NCBI GenBank assembly: GCA_031288595.1
Contig: JAITRB010000004.1
Span: 9,491 to 73,490 of the forward strand
From: Puniceicoccales bacterium
Lineage (GTDB): Bacteria > Verrucomicrobiota > Verrucomicrobiia > Opitutales > JAIRLG01
Direction of reading: 5' to 3'
DNA length: 64,000 nucleotides
Of the stretch, positions 29,083 through 39,288 are shown one piece after another. The notes beneath the pieces are model-generated. The model had not been told where the DNA came from. It did no database searches and worked only from the letters and a program-made list of their open reading frames with translations. A program made the translations under genes and the position numbers. Every line of letters starts with the position of its first letter. Position 1 is the first letter of the stretch.

Positions 29083-30174
29083 ATGGCCCCAATTCCGAGC
29101 ATCGATCCATTCCGCCGCCGCCATGAGGATTTGGAAAGGGCGATGGCGGAAGCGGGCTTTTTTTCCGACCCACGCCAGGCTGCCTGTATCGCGAAGGAAC
29201 ACCAGCAATTGGCCCAGCTCCTGGAAAAATACAGCCGCTACGAACGGCGGCAGTCCGAACTGGCCGATTGCCAGCGCCTCTTGGATGAATCGGAGGGAGA
29301 TGGTGAGCTGAAGGCTTTGGCCGAGGAGGAACGGCAACGGATTCTGGAAGAAGTGGAACAGCTCGAACAGGCAATTCTGCTGGACATGATCCCACAGGAA
29401 TCCTCGGATTCGCGCCATACGGTCATGGAAATTCGGGCCGGTACAGGCGGAGACGAGGCGAGCCTGTTTGCCGGCGATCTCTTTCGCCTCTATATGCGCT
29501 ACGCAGAACGGAGGGGCTGGCAGCTGGAACTGCTCAGCTCCAGCCCATCGGCCTGTGGCGGATTCAAGGAGATCATCTTTCTGATTCGCGGAGAAGGGGC
29601 CTACCGCCATCTGAAACTGGAGAGCGGTGGACATCGGGTACAGCGCATCCCCGCTACTGAAGCCAATGGGCGCATCCATACCTCGGCGGCAACGGTGGCC
29701 GTTCTGCCGGAGGCGGAAGAGGTGGACATTCAAATCGCGCCGGAGGATTTGGAAATTTCCATCTGCCGGGCCAGTGGCCCTGGGGGCCAGGGGGTGAACA
29801 CGACCGATTCGGCCGTCCAGATTCTTCATCGCCCGAGCGGGATGATCGTCTACTGTGCAGATGAGCGCTCTCAGCAGAAGAACCGGGCAAAGGCGATGAC
29901 TGTTCTGCGCTCACGGCTCCTGCAGAAGAGGGAGGAGGAGGAACGGGCCCAGTATGCGGCGGTTCGCAAGCGACAGGTAGGTACCGGCGACCGTTCCGAA
30001 CGCATCCGGACCTATAACTTTCCCCAAAACCGCCTGACGGACCACCGCATCGGCCTGACGCTCTACACCTTGCCCCAGATCATGGATGGGGATCTGGATA
30101 CCCTGCTGGAGGCATTGGAACTGGCCGACCGGCGGGCAAAAATTCAGGCCCTACTGGAGAAGGAACCCGCATGA
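29083..30174 (+). CDS. prfA: Peptide chain release factor 1
   Basis: The GGQ motif is present (SGPGGQGVNTTDSAV). The RF1-type tripeptide P-A-T is present (RIPATEANGRIHTS). Confidence 0.95.
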   Translation: MAPIPSIDPFRRRHEDLERAMAEAGFFSDPRQAACIAKEHQQLAQLLEKYSRYERRQSELADCQRLLDESEGDGELKALAEEERQRILEEVEQLEQAILLDMIPQESSDSRHTVMEIRAGTGGDEASLFAGDLFRLYMRYAERRGWQLELLSSSPSACGGFKEIIFLIRGEGAYRHLKLESGGHRVQRIPATEANGRIHTSAATVAVLPEAEEVDIQIAPEDLEISICRASGPGGQGVNTTDSAVQILHRPSGMIVYCADERSQQKNRAKAMTVLRSRLLQKREEEERAQYAAVRKRQVGTGDRSERIRTYNFPQNRLTDHRIGLTLYTLPQIMDGDLDTLLEALELADRRAKIQALLEKEPA

Positions 30175-30218
30175 GGGAAGCTATGGGTATCGAGGAAAAG
30201 AGTTCAGGGGTCTTGTTT

Positions 30219-30313
30219 CCCCGCTGTCTTTGCGACAAGAAAAAATGTTTTTTTTCATGTCGGGACCCATGGCTAGCCATGGGCGAGCCCTTCGGGCTCC
30301 AAAGACAGCGGGG
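30219..30313. repeat. Intergenic four-helix palindromic element, type 1 (c-b-a), divergent arms
   Basis: The closing stem is CCCCGCTGTCTTTG/CAAAGACAGCGGGG. Arm c is A/T-rich and imperfect (CGACAAGAAAAAA-TG-TTTTTTTTCATGTCG). Arm b is replaced by CCCATGG-CTAG-CCATGGG. Arm a is GAGCCC-TTC-GGGCTC. It lies between prfA and tilS. Confidence 0.8.
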
Positions 30314-30374
30314 CAGAAGCTCAAGGGATGGCATGAGGGGCCTTTGGCAATGGGTTTGAGGAGGACTTGGGTCC

Positions 30375-31820
30375 ATGCCGTCGGATGAAATTTTTCCCCG
30401 AGAGGATGAAAATTTTTCGGCCGGCCTCTGGGCGCAACGGGCGGCAGACTTAGGCCGGCATATACCTCGGACGCTCTTGGATGAGCAGGTCGTCGCGCGG
30501 CTCTCCGAAAAGGGCAATCGGGCACTTGGCATCGCCTGCTCGGGGGGGATCGATTCGCTCTGCCTCCTGTTGCTGTCCGTCGCCCACTTTCCAGAGTGTT
30601 CGTTCTTCATCCTGCACTACAACCACGCCCGACGGGGAGAGGAATCCGATGGCGACGAGGTCTGGCTGCGTCGGGTTGTCGCGAACCTGGGACTGCCCTT
30701 TTTTTCGGAAAAGCGTTCGGAATTGGGGCATCCCTCGGAGGCGGATCTGCGCCGAGACCGCTACGCCTTTTTCGAAAGAATCCTGTCGCAGGAACGAGCT
30801 CAGCAGCTCCTGCTGGGGCATCAATTGGATGATGTCTGCGAAGCCTGGATGATGAACACTGTCCGTGGAGCCTCCCTGGGGGCGTTGGTGTCTCCACTGT
30901 CCGTACAGAGAATTGGCCCCTTCTGGCGCCTGCGACCCCTGATCCATCTGGAGCGCCGACGGCTGGCCGAGGCCATGTGCTCGGCCGGCATTCCCTGGCG
31001 CGAGGACAGCAGCAACCGCAGCGATGCCTTTCTGCGGAATCGCGTCCGCCATCATCTCCTGGCGGTAATGGGAGAAGTATTTCCCCGACGCCCGTGGAAG
31101 GCCGGCTGGCAGCATACCTGGAAACAGATTCGGGAGGCCGACGCGTTCCTGCGATTTCACGCCGAAAGGTTTTCGAATCTTCTCCAGGATCCATCGCCGG
31201 ACTTCTCCCCCCTGCGTGGCCAGCCTCGGGCGCTGTGGCGCTTTCTTCTCAATGCCTGGCTGGGGCAGCAGGGTCTGCGGGCGCAGGTGTGTGCGGGGAA
31301 TTTTGAGAATATGCTCCAAGCCCTTTCGGAGGGCGGACAATTCTCCTGCAGCCTCGGGACGAAAAAAGTGCTCCGGGTAAAAGCCCAACATCTGGAGCTG
31401 GTCGAGAAATTCTCAGCTGAAGGGGAAGGGTTTTCACTGCTATGGAATTCTTCTCGGGTGGCAGTGGCAGGGGGCTTTCTGGAGAGAAGACCGTGCTCGT
31501 GGAAGGACGGGCGAGGAGAGCTGAGCATGGAGAAAAATATCCTCAGGGTTAGGCTCGATCTGCCGGGGCAGCAACCGCTCCTGTTGAGGAACTGGCAGGC
31601 CGGAGATGTCTACCGCCCCTTCGGGTTATTGGGAACGAAGAAGTTGAAAAAAATGTTTCAGGAACGGAGGGTGCCACCGGAAAAACGGAGGCAGCTGCCG
31701 GTCATCGTACTGCCCGAATCCGGAAAGATCGTCTGGGTACCCTTTCTGCCTCTCGGCGAGGACTTTCGGGTGCCGGAGGGAAGTAAGTCGGCTCTTGAGT
31801 TGACATTCCACGAGTTTTGA
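30375..31820 (+). CDS. tilS: tRNA(Ile)-lysidine synthase TilS
   Basis: The PP-loop motif is GIACSGGIDSLCLL. The C-terminus is TilS-like (KLKKMFQERRVPPEKRRQLPVIV). The gene lies directly upstream of ftsH. Confidence 0.85.
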   Translation: MPSDEIFPREDENFSAGLWAQRAADLGRHIPRTLLDEQVVARLSEKGNRALGIACSGGIDSLCLLLLSVAHFPECSFFILHYNHARRGEESDGDEVWLRRVVANLGLPFFSEKRSELGHPSEADLRRDRYAFFERILSQERAQQLLLGHQLDDVCEAWMMNTVRGASLGALVSPLSVQRIGPFWRLRPLIHLERRRLAEAMCSAGIPWREDSSNRSDAFLRNRVRHHLLAVMGEVFPRRPWKAGWQHTWKQIREADAFLRFHAERFSNLLQDPSPDFSPLRGQPRALWRFLLNAWLGQQGLRAQVCAGNFENMLQALSEGGQFSCSLGTKKVLRVKAQHLELVEKFSAEGEGFSLLWNSSRVAVAGGFLERRPCSWKDGRGELSMEKNILRVRLDLPGQQPLLLRNWQAGDVYRPFGLLGTKKLKKMFQERRVPPEKRRQLPVIVLPESGKIVWVPFLPLGEDFRVPEGSKSALELTFHEF

Positions 31821-31841
31821 CGATCCCTTTTGTCCCAGGTC

Positions 31842-33923
31842 ATGGCAAAAAAACACGCGTTTTTCAACCGATTCCAGCTGCGAGTTTTGGCAATTTGGAC
31901 CCTGCTCATCGCGGGTATCTTCTCCCTCTGGTCGGGCTACTCGCCCTACCGTGGCCAGACGCAGAAGTGGACGACGCGGCAGGTGTTGCAGGCTTCGCAG
32001 GAGGGAAGAATTCTGCAGGGGCTGATTCAGTCCGATCCGACCCGTGGCGCGGAGTGGTATCGACTGAGGGGAAAGGCCAGGCTGGACAAGCCCGTCGTGA
32101 CGGAGAGCGGCGAGACGAAAGACAGCATTCTCTTCGAGGCCCAGGGCCGGCTGACAAGTGACCTCTTCAATGCCCTGCTGAACTCCTCCATCAATTGGCG
32201 AGAACGGCCGTCGCATACCCTATGGACGGACATTCTGCTGAGCGTACTGCCCATCCTGGTCATCTTTGGCTTTTTCTACTTCGCTTTCGCCCGCCAGCTG
32301 CGGAATGCGGGCCGCAACGCGATGGGCTTTTCGCGGAGTCGGGCGCGGATGTTGGCGCCGAACAACAAGAAGAAGACACTCCAGGATGTGGCCGGCTGCG
32401 ACGAGGCGAAGGAGGAGGTCGCCGAGATCATCGACTTTCTCAAAACCCCAAAGAAGTTTCAGGACATCGGCGGCCGGATTCCCAAGGGTTGTCTGATGGT
32501 GGGCCCCCCTGGGACGGGCAAGACCTTGCTGGCCCGCGCCATCGCCGGCGAGGCAGATGTGCCTTTCTTCAGCATCAGCGGTTCCGATTTCGTCGAGATG
32601 TTCGTCGGTGTGGGAGCAGCTCGGGTGCGCGACATGTTCGAACAGGCGAGGAAAAATGCTCCCTGCATCCTCTTCATCGACGAGATCGACGCGGTCGGTC
32701 GCCACCGCGGAGCGGGTCTAGGAGGAGGCAATGATGAGCGGGAGCAGACTCTGAATTCCCTGCTGGTCGAGATGGATGGGTTCGATGGCCGCGAAGGCGT
32801 CATCATCATCGCCGCGACCAATCGACCCGATGTTTTGGACAATGCCCTACTGCGCCCGGGGCGCTTCGACCGCCAGGTGGTGATCGATCTACCAGACCTG
32901 CATGGCCGCTGTGATATCCTGAAAGTCCATGCCCAGAAGATCAAGATGCGTTCCGAGGTCATTTTGGAGGACATCGCCCGCACGACGTCCGGATTTTCCG
33001 GTGCGGATTTGGAAAACCTTCTGAATGAATCGGCCCTTCTGGCGGCCAGATACAATAAAGCGGAAGTCGGACGTCAGGATGTCGAGGAGGCCCGGGAGAA
33101 AATCGCCTATGGCCGCGAGCGCAAGAAGCTGATGGACGACAAGGATAAGAAGGTGACCGCCTATCACGAGGCGGGCCATGCCATCATCCAGGCGGTGGTC
33201 GATGACGGGGATTTGCCGGTGCACAAGGTGACCATCATTCCGCGCGGGCAGAGCCTGGGCAGCACGATGTTTCTGCCGAGAAAGGATATTTTGAACGTGT
33301 CTAAACAGGGGGCTCTCGCCCGTATCTGCTCCTCCATGGGCGGCCGCGTGGCGGAGGAACTGGTCTTCGGCGAGGCGGCGATGACGAGTGGTGCGTCGAT
33401 GGACATCAAAATGGCGACGAAAACGGCCCGCAGCATGGTCTGTGACTGGGGCATGAGTTCCTTGGGAACGGTGGCCTACGGGGATAACCGCGACCACATT
33501 TTCCTGGGCCGAGAGATCTCCCGCGAACAGAACTATAGCGAGGAAACGGCGAAAAAAATCGATGCGGAAATCATGAAAATCGTCTCCGGGGAAAAGGAAA
33601 GGGCCCAGCATATCTTGTCGGGAAGGCGCGACTCACTGGAAAAGCTGGCCGCGGCACTGCTGCAGTACGAGACCATCGATGGTCGCTCGGTCTATGAACT
33701 GGTCCAGACCGGAGACTTTCAGACCGCAATCGAGATTCGCAAACCGGAACCAGTCACTGATCCGGCCAGTGAAGGTGAGATGAAGACCGAGGCTGCTGTT
33801 GTGGAGGAGCTTTCAGCCGCGAGCCAGACAGAAGGCGGCCAGACAGAAGGCGAAAAGACGAAGCAAAGGGCTGAGCTTTCCGAAACAACCGAAGAGGAAG
33901 GGCCAAAGGAAGCGGACAAATGA
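31842..33923 (+). CDS. ftsH: ATP-dependent zinc metalloprotease FtsH
   Basis: The AAA Walker A is [13 protein letters not shown]. The SRH region and the HEAGHA zinc motif are present. The track start at 31830 is TTG, and the first ATG is 31842. Confidence 0.97.
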   Translation: MAKKHAFFNRFQLRVLAIWTLLIAGIFSLWSGYSPYRGQTQKWTTRQVLQASQEGRILQGLIQSDPTRGAEWYRLRGKARLDKPVVTESGETKDSILFEAQGRLTSDLFNALLNSSINWRERPSHTLWTDILLSVLPILVIFGFFYFAFARQLRNAGRNAMGFSRSRARMLAPNNKKKTLQDVAGCDEAKEEVAEIIDFLKTPKKFQDIGGRIPKGCLMVGPPGTGKTLLARAIAGEADVPFFSISGSDFVEMFVGVGAARVRDMFEQARKNAPCILFIDEIDAVGRHRGAGLGGGNDEREQTLNSLLVEMDGFDGREGVIIIAATNRPDVLDNALLRPGRFDRQVVIDLPDLHGRCDILKVHAQKIKMRSEVILEDIARTTSGFSGADLENLLNESALLAARYNKAEVGRQDVEEAREKIAYGRERKKLMDDKDKKVTAYHEAGHAIIQAVVDDGDLPVHKVTIIPRGQSLGSTMFLPRKDILNVSKQGALARICSSMGGRVAEELVFGEAAMTSGASMDIKMATKTARSMVCDWGMSSLGTVAYGDNRDHIFLGREISREQNYSEETAKKIDAEIMKIVSGEKERAQHILSGRRDSLEKLAAALLQYETIDGRSVYELVQTGDFQTAIEIRKPEPVTDPASEGEMKTEAAVVEELSAASQTEGGQTEGEKTKQRAELSETTEEEGPKEADK

Positions 33924-34095
33924 GCTGCAGCAAAAGCAAAGGTGGGCCAGGGAAATCCTCCGAAACTTCAGGTCCACAGAGCAAAACCTTCCCAATGGTC
34001 TTCCATGGGATCCTTCCTCGGAAAAACTCGAGATGTTCGGTGGAGTGCATGGCCTTATCCCCTTCCCCGGAGAACATCTTGAGGGTGCCGTATTT

Positions 34096-34671
34096 ATGGA
34101 TATAGAAAATACGACAGAAATGCAGCTGCCCAGCGTGCTGCCGAGTTCCTCCCTCACCATGCCCCAATGGCTGAAACTGGCCTACGGAGTATTCTTCCTC
34201 TACCTCAGCGCCCAGATTATGATTCCTCTGCCCTGGACACCGGTGCCGATTAGTGGACAGACCTTTGGAGTAGCCTGCGTGGCGCTATCTCTGGGTTCTC
34301 TGGCAACGCCGGCGGTGGCACTCTATTGGCTCCTGGGCCTCTGTGGCTTCCCTGTTCTGGCCGGTGCCGCGAGTGGAGTTAGTCCGGCATCAGGCTATCT
34401 CCTGGGCATGGTTCTCGCGACGGAAGTCATGAGGCGGCTGAAGGCGAAGGGGTTTGCCCGAACCTGGTGGAGTAATTTTTCCGTCCTCTGTGCCGGACAG
34501 GTGATTATTTTTGCTTTGGGAATTCTCGTCCTATCCTACTTCGTTCCACGTGAAAAACTCCTGATGGCTGCCCTATGGCCCTTTATTCCGGGAGATCTTC
34601 TAAAAGTGCTCGCCGCGGCCACCGTGTCTCTTCACTGGACGCGTTATGTGGACTCGAAGGATTCGAAGTAA
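34096..34671 (+). CDS. bioY: Biotin transporter BioY-like (ECF S component)
   Basis: The sequence IPLPWTPVPISGQTFGVACVALSLG...GFPVLAGAASG...GYLLGMV matches BioY. The start is set at the internal ATG at 34096. The track extension back to 33799 overlaps the ftsH 3' end and is Lys/Arg-rich junk. Confidence 0.75.
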   Translation: MDIENTTEMQLPSVLPSSSLTMPQWLKLAYGVFFLYLSAQIMIPLPWTPVPISGQTFGVACVALSLGSLATPAVALYWLLGLCGFPVLAGAASGVSPASGYLLGMVLATEVMRRLKAKGFARTWWSNFSVLCAGQVIIFALGILVLSYFVPREKLLMAALWPFIPGDLLKVLAAATVSLHWTRYVDSKDSK

Positions 34672-34736
34672 AGGAAAGAGGTTTTCGCGTCCTGCGAAAA
34701 TGAAAGGGGGATTCTTCCTAGATTTCCCCTTGAATC

Positions 34737-35330
34737 TCAGAGCTTTCTCCGCGCAAGGATGGCCGTGTGCAGCGTATCGGCATCGGCCAGAGCGATGCCA
34801 CTGCCGGAGGGAAGACCGAAGCCGATTCGCGTGACCTCTTTACCCAGCGGCTGGAGAATTTCCCTGAGAATGTATTGGCAGGTCGCCTCGCTCTCGGTGT
34901 CGCCGCCGAGGGCCAAAATGACCTCGCGGGTTTTCTCCTGCTCCAGGCGATGGCGCAGGTGAGCGAGCGGAAGATTTTGGGGAAGAACGCCACGGATGGG
35001 CGAGAGCTTGCCGCCGAGCACCTGGTAGCGCCCGCGAAAATCTCCGCTGCGCTCGATCGCATAGAGGTCGGGAATCGTCTCGACGAGACAGAGAAGGGAG
35101 CTGTCCCGTGCCGGATCCGAGCAGATGGAGCAGCGCTCCGCTTCGGCCAGGTTGCCGCAGAGGGAACACATTTGCAGGGCATCGAGGGAGGATGAAAGGC
35201 CCCGGATGAGCTCCTGTGCCTGTTCTCTCCCCTCCAGCAGGAGATAGAGTGCCATGCGCTCGGCCGAGCGGTAGCCGATACCAGGTAGGCGGCGAAGGAT
35301 TTTTTTCAGCGCATCGAAGGAAGCTAACAT
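34737..35330 (-). CDS. recR: Recombination protein RecR
   Basis: A helix-hairpin-helix is present (LPGIGYRSAERMALYLL). The zinc finger is CSLCGNLAEAERCSIC. A Toprim region follows. The start overlaps the upstream ABC gene stop by 7 nt. Confidence 0.93.
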   Translation of the reverse strand: MLASFDALKKILRRLPGIGYRSAERMALYLLLEGREQAQELIRGLSSSLDALQMCSLCGNLAEAERCSICSDPARDSSLLCLVETIPDLYAIERSGDFRGRYQVLGGKLSPIRGVLPQNLPLAHLRHRLEQEKTREVILALGGDTESEATCQYILREILQPLGKEVTRIGFGLPSGSGIALADADTLHTAILARRKL

Positions 35331-37183
35331 AAACGACTCGGATGGTTCAAAATGCCCTGGTGTTTGCGGTAGAGCTCGCGGTAGAGACCGCCTGGATGGG
35401 TCATCAACTCGTCATGCGTGCCGCGCTCGGTCATATGCCCATGTCGGAGGACGAGGATCTCATCGACGATGGCCATCATGCCGAGGCGGTGCGAGATGAT
35501 GAGGACGGTCTTGTTCCGCACGAGCTGGCGAATCGCCTGCTGAATGGCGTGTTCGCTGTGTGCATCGAGGGCCGAGGTGACCTCGTCCAGGACGAGAATT
35601 GGAGCCTGTTTCAGAAAGGCCCGAGCCAGAGCGATGCGCTGCCGCTGTCCGCCGGAGAGAAAATTTCCATTCTCACCGATATCCGTCCGATAGCCCTGTT
35701 CGAGCTGGCAGATGAACTCGTGGGCATGAGCACTTTGAGCGGCTGCGATGACCTCCTCCTCGCTGGCCTCCCACTTACCCCAGCGGATATTATCTCCTAT
35801 ACTGCCGCTCAGAAGCGTGGGGTTCTGGGGGACGAAGGCCATGTGGGCCCGCAGGTCTTCAAGGGCTAGCTCGCGGATGTCGAGGCCATCGATGCAGATT
35901 TTTCCCTGCCGCACATCGTAGAACCTCATGAGCAGATTGATCAGAGTCGTCTTGCCGGCACCGCTGCTGCCCACCAGGGCATAGATTTTCCCCGTTTCGA
36001 GTCGCCAGTCAAGGTCGTGGATGACGGTTTGCTCCGGAGTGTATCCAAAAGAGATGTGCTGGAAATGCACCTCTCCGCGGAGCTCGCGTATGGGCACGGG
36101 ACTTTTGGGATTCTGAATGCTTTCCGGAATTTCCAGCAGCGACTGTATCCGGCTGAGCCCGGCAAACCCAGTCTGGATACGGGTAGCCAACCAGCCCAGT
36201 TTTTTGATGGGGTCATAGCTGAAGTAGAGGGCACCGGTTAGGGCGATGAAGGTGTCGATGGGAATGCGATGCCGGTAGGAAAAGTACATGGAGAGGCTGA
36301 CCCCGACGGCGGCGATGATTTCGATGATAGGAGAGACGAGGATATTGTACTTGAGGGACTGCAAGGAGGCCCTGGAGAAGAGGCGACAAGCTTCTGCGAA
36401 ACGCGCCGTTTCGCGCTGCTCCATGCAGAAGGCCCGGATCTCCTGGACAGCCGAGAGGTTGCGGCTCAGGCGCTCGGTGAGAGTGGCCGCTTCGCCCTGG
36501 ACCTGGCCGGCCTTGAACCTGAGGCGGCGGTTCAGCGCACGGACGGGTAGGATGATCAGCGGAAAGGCGGCAGCATAGAGGATCAACACGAAGACTTGGG
36601 ATTGCTGGAGGCAGAGGTAGAGGAGGGCCCCCACCGAGGCGAGGAAGGTAATGGGCTGCGTGAGGATATTTTCAGCGATGTCCAGCAATGCCCCTTGCAG
36701 AAGGGCAGTGTCGTTCATCGCCCGGGATATGATTTCACCGGCCGAGGTTTTGTGGAAAAATTCCAGCGGTAGGCGCTGAATCTTGGCGAAGACCTGGACA
36801 CGGATATTTTCCAGCAGGCGCTGCCCGCAGAAACCGGTGTAATAGGCACTGCAGAAGCCGGAAATTCCCCGTAGGCCCATCATGAGGAATGGACAGGCGC
36901 AGAAGAGAAGGATACAGAGGGGAGACTGGTGCGCAGCCGTAAAGACGTACTTGGCGGCTACTTTCAAGATGAAAGGCACGCCGAAACCACTGGAAAGTCC
37001 GCAGAGAATACCGCAGGCGATGGCGAAGAAGAGCTGCCTTCTCAGCTCCCTCAAGTAGCGGAAATAGGAGAACAGGGAACAGGAACGCTGCCAGAGGGAT
37101 GGATTGCTCGCCGTTCGCGCTTTCATCAGGCCTTCAGCTAAGCGGCAATTTCGATGCGGTAAAGGGAATTGGCACTGGGTCAT
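35324..37183 (-). CDS. ABC exporter, fused permease and ATPase (MsbA-like lipid flippase family)
   Basis: A six-TM N-terminal domain is present. The ATPase motifs are Walker A GSSGAGKTT, signature LSGGQRQRIALARA and Walker B ILVLDEVTSALD. An alternative ATG lies at 37126. Confidence 0.8.
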   Translation of the reverse strand: MTQCQFPLPHRNCRLAEGLMKARTASNPSLWQRSCSLFSYFRYLRELRRQLFFAIACGILCGLSSGFGVPFILKVAAKYVFTAAHQSPLCILLFCACPFLMMGLRGISGFCSAYYTGFCGQRLLENIRVQVFAKIQRLPLEFFHKTSAGEIISRAMNDTALLQGALLDIAENILTQPITFLASVGALLYLCLQQSQVFVLILYAAAFPLIILPVRALNRRLRFKAGQVQGEAATLTERLSRNLSAVQEIRAFCMEQRETARFAEACRLFSRASLQSLKYNILVSPIIEIIAAVGVSLSMYFSYRHRIPIDTFIALTGALYFSYDPIKKLGWLATRIQTGFAGLSRIQSLLEIPESIQNPKSPVPIRELRGEVHFQHISFGYTPEQTVIHDLDWRLETGKIYALVGSSGAGKTTLINLLMRFYDVRQGKICIDGLDIRELALEDLRAHMAFVPQNPTLLSGSIGDNIRWGKWEASEEEVIAAAQSAHAHEFICQLEQGYRTDIGENGNFLSGGQRQRIALARAFLKQAPILVLDEVTSALDAHSEHAIQQAIRQLVRNKTVLIISHRLGMMAIVDEILVLRHGHMTERGTHDELMTHPGGLYRELYRKHQGILNHPSRLC

Positions 37184-37196
37184 CGCGGCGTGTCCT

Positions 37197-38087
37197 CTAG
37201 CGCCGCTTGCGAATGTAGGCGATCTCTGCCCAGTCGCCGGATGTCCGCAGAGAGGAGTAGAATTCCTGCCAGTATTTCTTGGCCAGAGGGTCGAAGACGG
37301 ACTGAATCTCGGACCCTTCCTCCTTCAGGATGCCGCTCAGGGACAGCGTGCCGCCGGGCAGCACCGCGCGCAGCAGGAGGCCGGCGTGCAACTTCAGCAC
37401 CGGCGCCAGGATATTGACGGATAGGAGATCGGCTTGGCGACCGAGTAAGCCATAGGCGATGTCGGCCTCCTGGAAGTCGATGGCGGAATCCGGAATGCCA
37501 TTGGACCTCGCATTCTCGCGGCTGACGCTAATGGCCTGTGGGTCGTGATCAAAGCCGAAAATTTTGCGAAAACCCAGCTTATAGGCGGCGATGGAGAGGA
37601 TGCCCGATCCGCAACCGGCATCGATGTAACTCTGGGTATCGAGAAACTGGGGATGGAAGGTGATGGTGTCGACCAACCGTGCCAGGCAGAGCTGTGTCGT
37701 CTCGTGTGCTCCCGTTCCAAAGGCCAGGCCGGCGTCCAGATAAATGCCCTGCTGGCCGTTAGGAATTCTGTAGTCCTTTCTCATCCACTCCGGCACGATG
37801 TGCAGGGGACCGATGGCGAAAGGCTTGATGAATTCCTTGTAGTGATTTTTCCAATCCGTTTCCTTCAGGACTTCCCTGGTGGGACTATAGAGCTTCAGGC
37901 GGGGGAGATGCCGGCAGAGCAATTGCCAGGCGGGTTCGATGGAGGATTCGTCGGGAAAGTAGGCGCAGAGATGGACGGATTCTCCCGGCCTCTGCTCGAG
38001 GCTCCATTCCATGCCTTTCACTTGAATCAGGGCCTCCTCCACAAGCGCCGTATCGGCCATCCCCAGCTCAACCCAGAATCGGTACAT
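37197..38087 (-). CDS. prmA: Ribosomal protein L11 methyltransferase PrmA
   Basis: The SAM motif is IDAGCGSGILSIAA. The GLAFGTGAHETT motif is typical of PrmA. Confidence 0.85.
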   Translation of the reverse strand: MYRFWVELGMADTALVEEALIQVKGMEWSLEQRPGESVHLCAYFPDESSIEPAWQLLCRHLPRLKLYSPTREVLKETDWKNHYKEFIKPFAIGPLHIVPEWMRKDYRIPNGQQGIYLDAGLAFGTGAHETTQLCLARLVDTITFHPQFLDTQSYIDAGCGSGILSIAAYKLGFRKIFGFDHDPQAISVSRENARSNGIPDSAIDFQEADIAYGLLGRQADLLSVNILAPVLKLHAGLLLRAVLPGGTLSLSGILKEEGSEIQSVFDPLAKKYWQEFYSSLRTSGDWAEIAYIRKRR

Positions 38088-38151
38088 GCGAGATGATCCA
38101 AGCTAAATCATGAGACTTCGCAACGGTCACCTGCTACTTCCCCTACACCCT

Positions 38152-38253
38152 CCCTCCGTTGTCTTTGGATTCCGAAGGAATCCGGCCCGCTTCGCGGGCC
38201 GCAAGCTAAGAACAAAATCACTTTTGTTCTTAGCTTGCAAAGACAACGGAGGG
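38152..38253. repeat. Intergenic four-helix palindromic element, type 1 (a-b-c), twin of 39117-39214
   Basis: The closing stem is CCCTCCGTTGTCTTTG/CAAAGACAACGGAGGG. Arm a is GATTCC-GAA-GGAATC. Arm b is GGCCCGC-TTC-GCGGGCC. Arm c is a perfect 16 bp (CAAGCTAAGAACAAAA-TCAC-TTTTGTTCTTAGCTTG). It lies just downstream of rpe. Confidence 0.9.
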
Positions 38254-38280
38254 CACTTCGCGCAAGTGCGAATATTCCTA

Positions 38281-39024
38281 TCAGACATGGAGAGGAAAAA
38301 GTTTTCTCAGAGCTTCTCGCTGAGCAGGATCGAAAAAACTACTTCCAGAGACCAATAGATCCGCTCCATGCTGGAGGCAGTCTTGAGCCGTAGTTACATT
38401 AATCCCTCCATCAACCGCTATGAAAAAGGGAAGCTTATGCTGCCGCCGCAGCTTACCGATGCGATCGATCTTCATCAAGACATCAGGGTTAAAGCTCTGC
38501 CCACAGAATCCAGCTTGTACAGCCATGAGGAGCACGACATCGACCTGTTCCAGCCATGGCACTAATCTTTCGGGAGATGTACCCAAGTCACAGGCCAAGC
38601 CGACTAGAACGTTCTCCTCCCGCACATACTGCAGCATGTCTCTGCTTGTCCCTTGCGATTCGATATGAAAGGAGATGAGGTCTGCTCCGGCTTCGATGAA
38701 GCTTTCTAGAAAAATCTCCGGATGTTCCAGCATGAGATGGACATCAAAGAGAAGAGAACTGCCTTTCTTGAGGGCTTTCAGGGTTTGTGCCCCGAAGCTG
38801 AGGTTCGATACGAAATGCCCGTCCATGATATCCATATGAACCCAAGGAAGCTGATGGAGCTCGATGATTTTTTGACTGGATCGCAGATCTCCCTGATCAC
38901 CGCTGAGCAGAGAAGGGATGAGCAGCGGAGAGGAAAGTTTTTGGATTGCGGACCTTGGAGTAATAATGGTACCTCTAGGAGATTTTTCTTGAATGACGCT
39001 CTTCTTATCCTGGGTTGACCTCAT
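38281..39024 (-). CDS. rpe: Ribulose-phosphate 3-epimerase
   Basis: The motifs IPSLLSGD, VHMDIMDGHFVSNLSFG and VDGGIN are present. An N-terminal extension of about 30 aa precedes the conserved core, so the true start is uncertain. Confidence 0.88.
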   Translation of the reverse strand: MRSTQDKKSVIQEKSPRGTIITPRSAIQKLSSPLLIPSLLSGDQGDLRSSQKIIELHQLPWVHMDIMDGHFVSNLSFGAQTLKALKKGSSLLFDVHLMLEHPEIFLESFIEAGADLISFHIESQGTSRDMLQYVREENVLVGLACDLGTSPERLVPWLEQVDVVLLMAVQAGFCGQSFNPDVLMKIDRIGKLRRQHKLPFFIAVDGGINVTTAQDCLQHGADLLVSGSSFFDPAQREALRKLFPLHV

Positions 39025-39116
39025 CTCTTTTCATCCCTGCGGGATTTTAAGACTCATTCAAATCAAGGGCGAGAGTTTTCGATGGATTTCTGTGCTTCCT
39101 TTCCCCTGTATATTCT

Positions 39117-39214
39117 CTCCGCTGTCTTTGGATTCCGCAGGAATCCGGCCCGCTTCGCGGGCCGCAAGCTAAGAACAAAACTACTTTTGTTCTTAGCTTG
39201 TAAAGACAGCGGAG
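39117..39214. repeat. Intergenic four-helix palindromic element, type 1 (a-b-c), twin of 38152-38253
   Basis: It matches copy 38152-38253 except for about 6 positions. These include a compensatory pair in the closing stem (CGCTGTC...GACAGCG versus CGTTGTC...GACAACG). It lies just upstream of rpe. Confidence 0.9.
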
Positions 39215-39288
39215 GACACAAAACCCTTGAGCTCTTCTCCCAATATCGCGGATGAAGAGCCGGGAGAATCGACTAAGGAGAGGGGTCT

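Noticed and set aside
33799-34095. The 290-aa version of the bioY ORF, and other track starts using TTG/GTG extensions. These are 12892 (accA), 31830 (ftsH), 47173 (gspF), 63836 (sctS), 60467 (clpP), 57593 (dksA-like), 18585 (nusA), 17202 (infB) and 23215 (clpC).
   Set aside because: The extensions overlap neighbouring genes or repeats, are compositionally odd, and precede N-termini that align well with the known families from an internal ATG.
34682-34700. Small hairpin TTTTCGC-GTCCT-GCGAAAA between convergent bioY and recR as a bidirectional terminator.
   Set aside because: It is only a 7-bp A/T-containing stem with no adjacent U-tract outside the stem. It is too weak to call.
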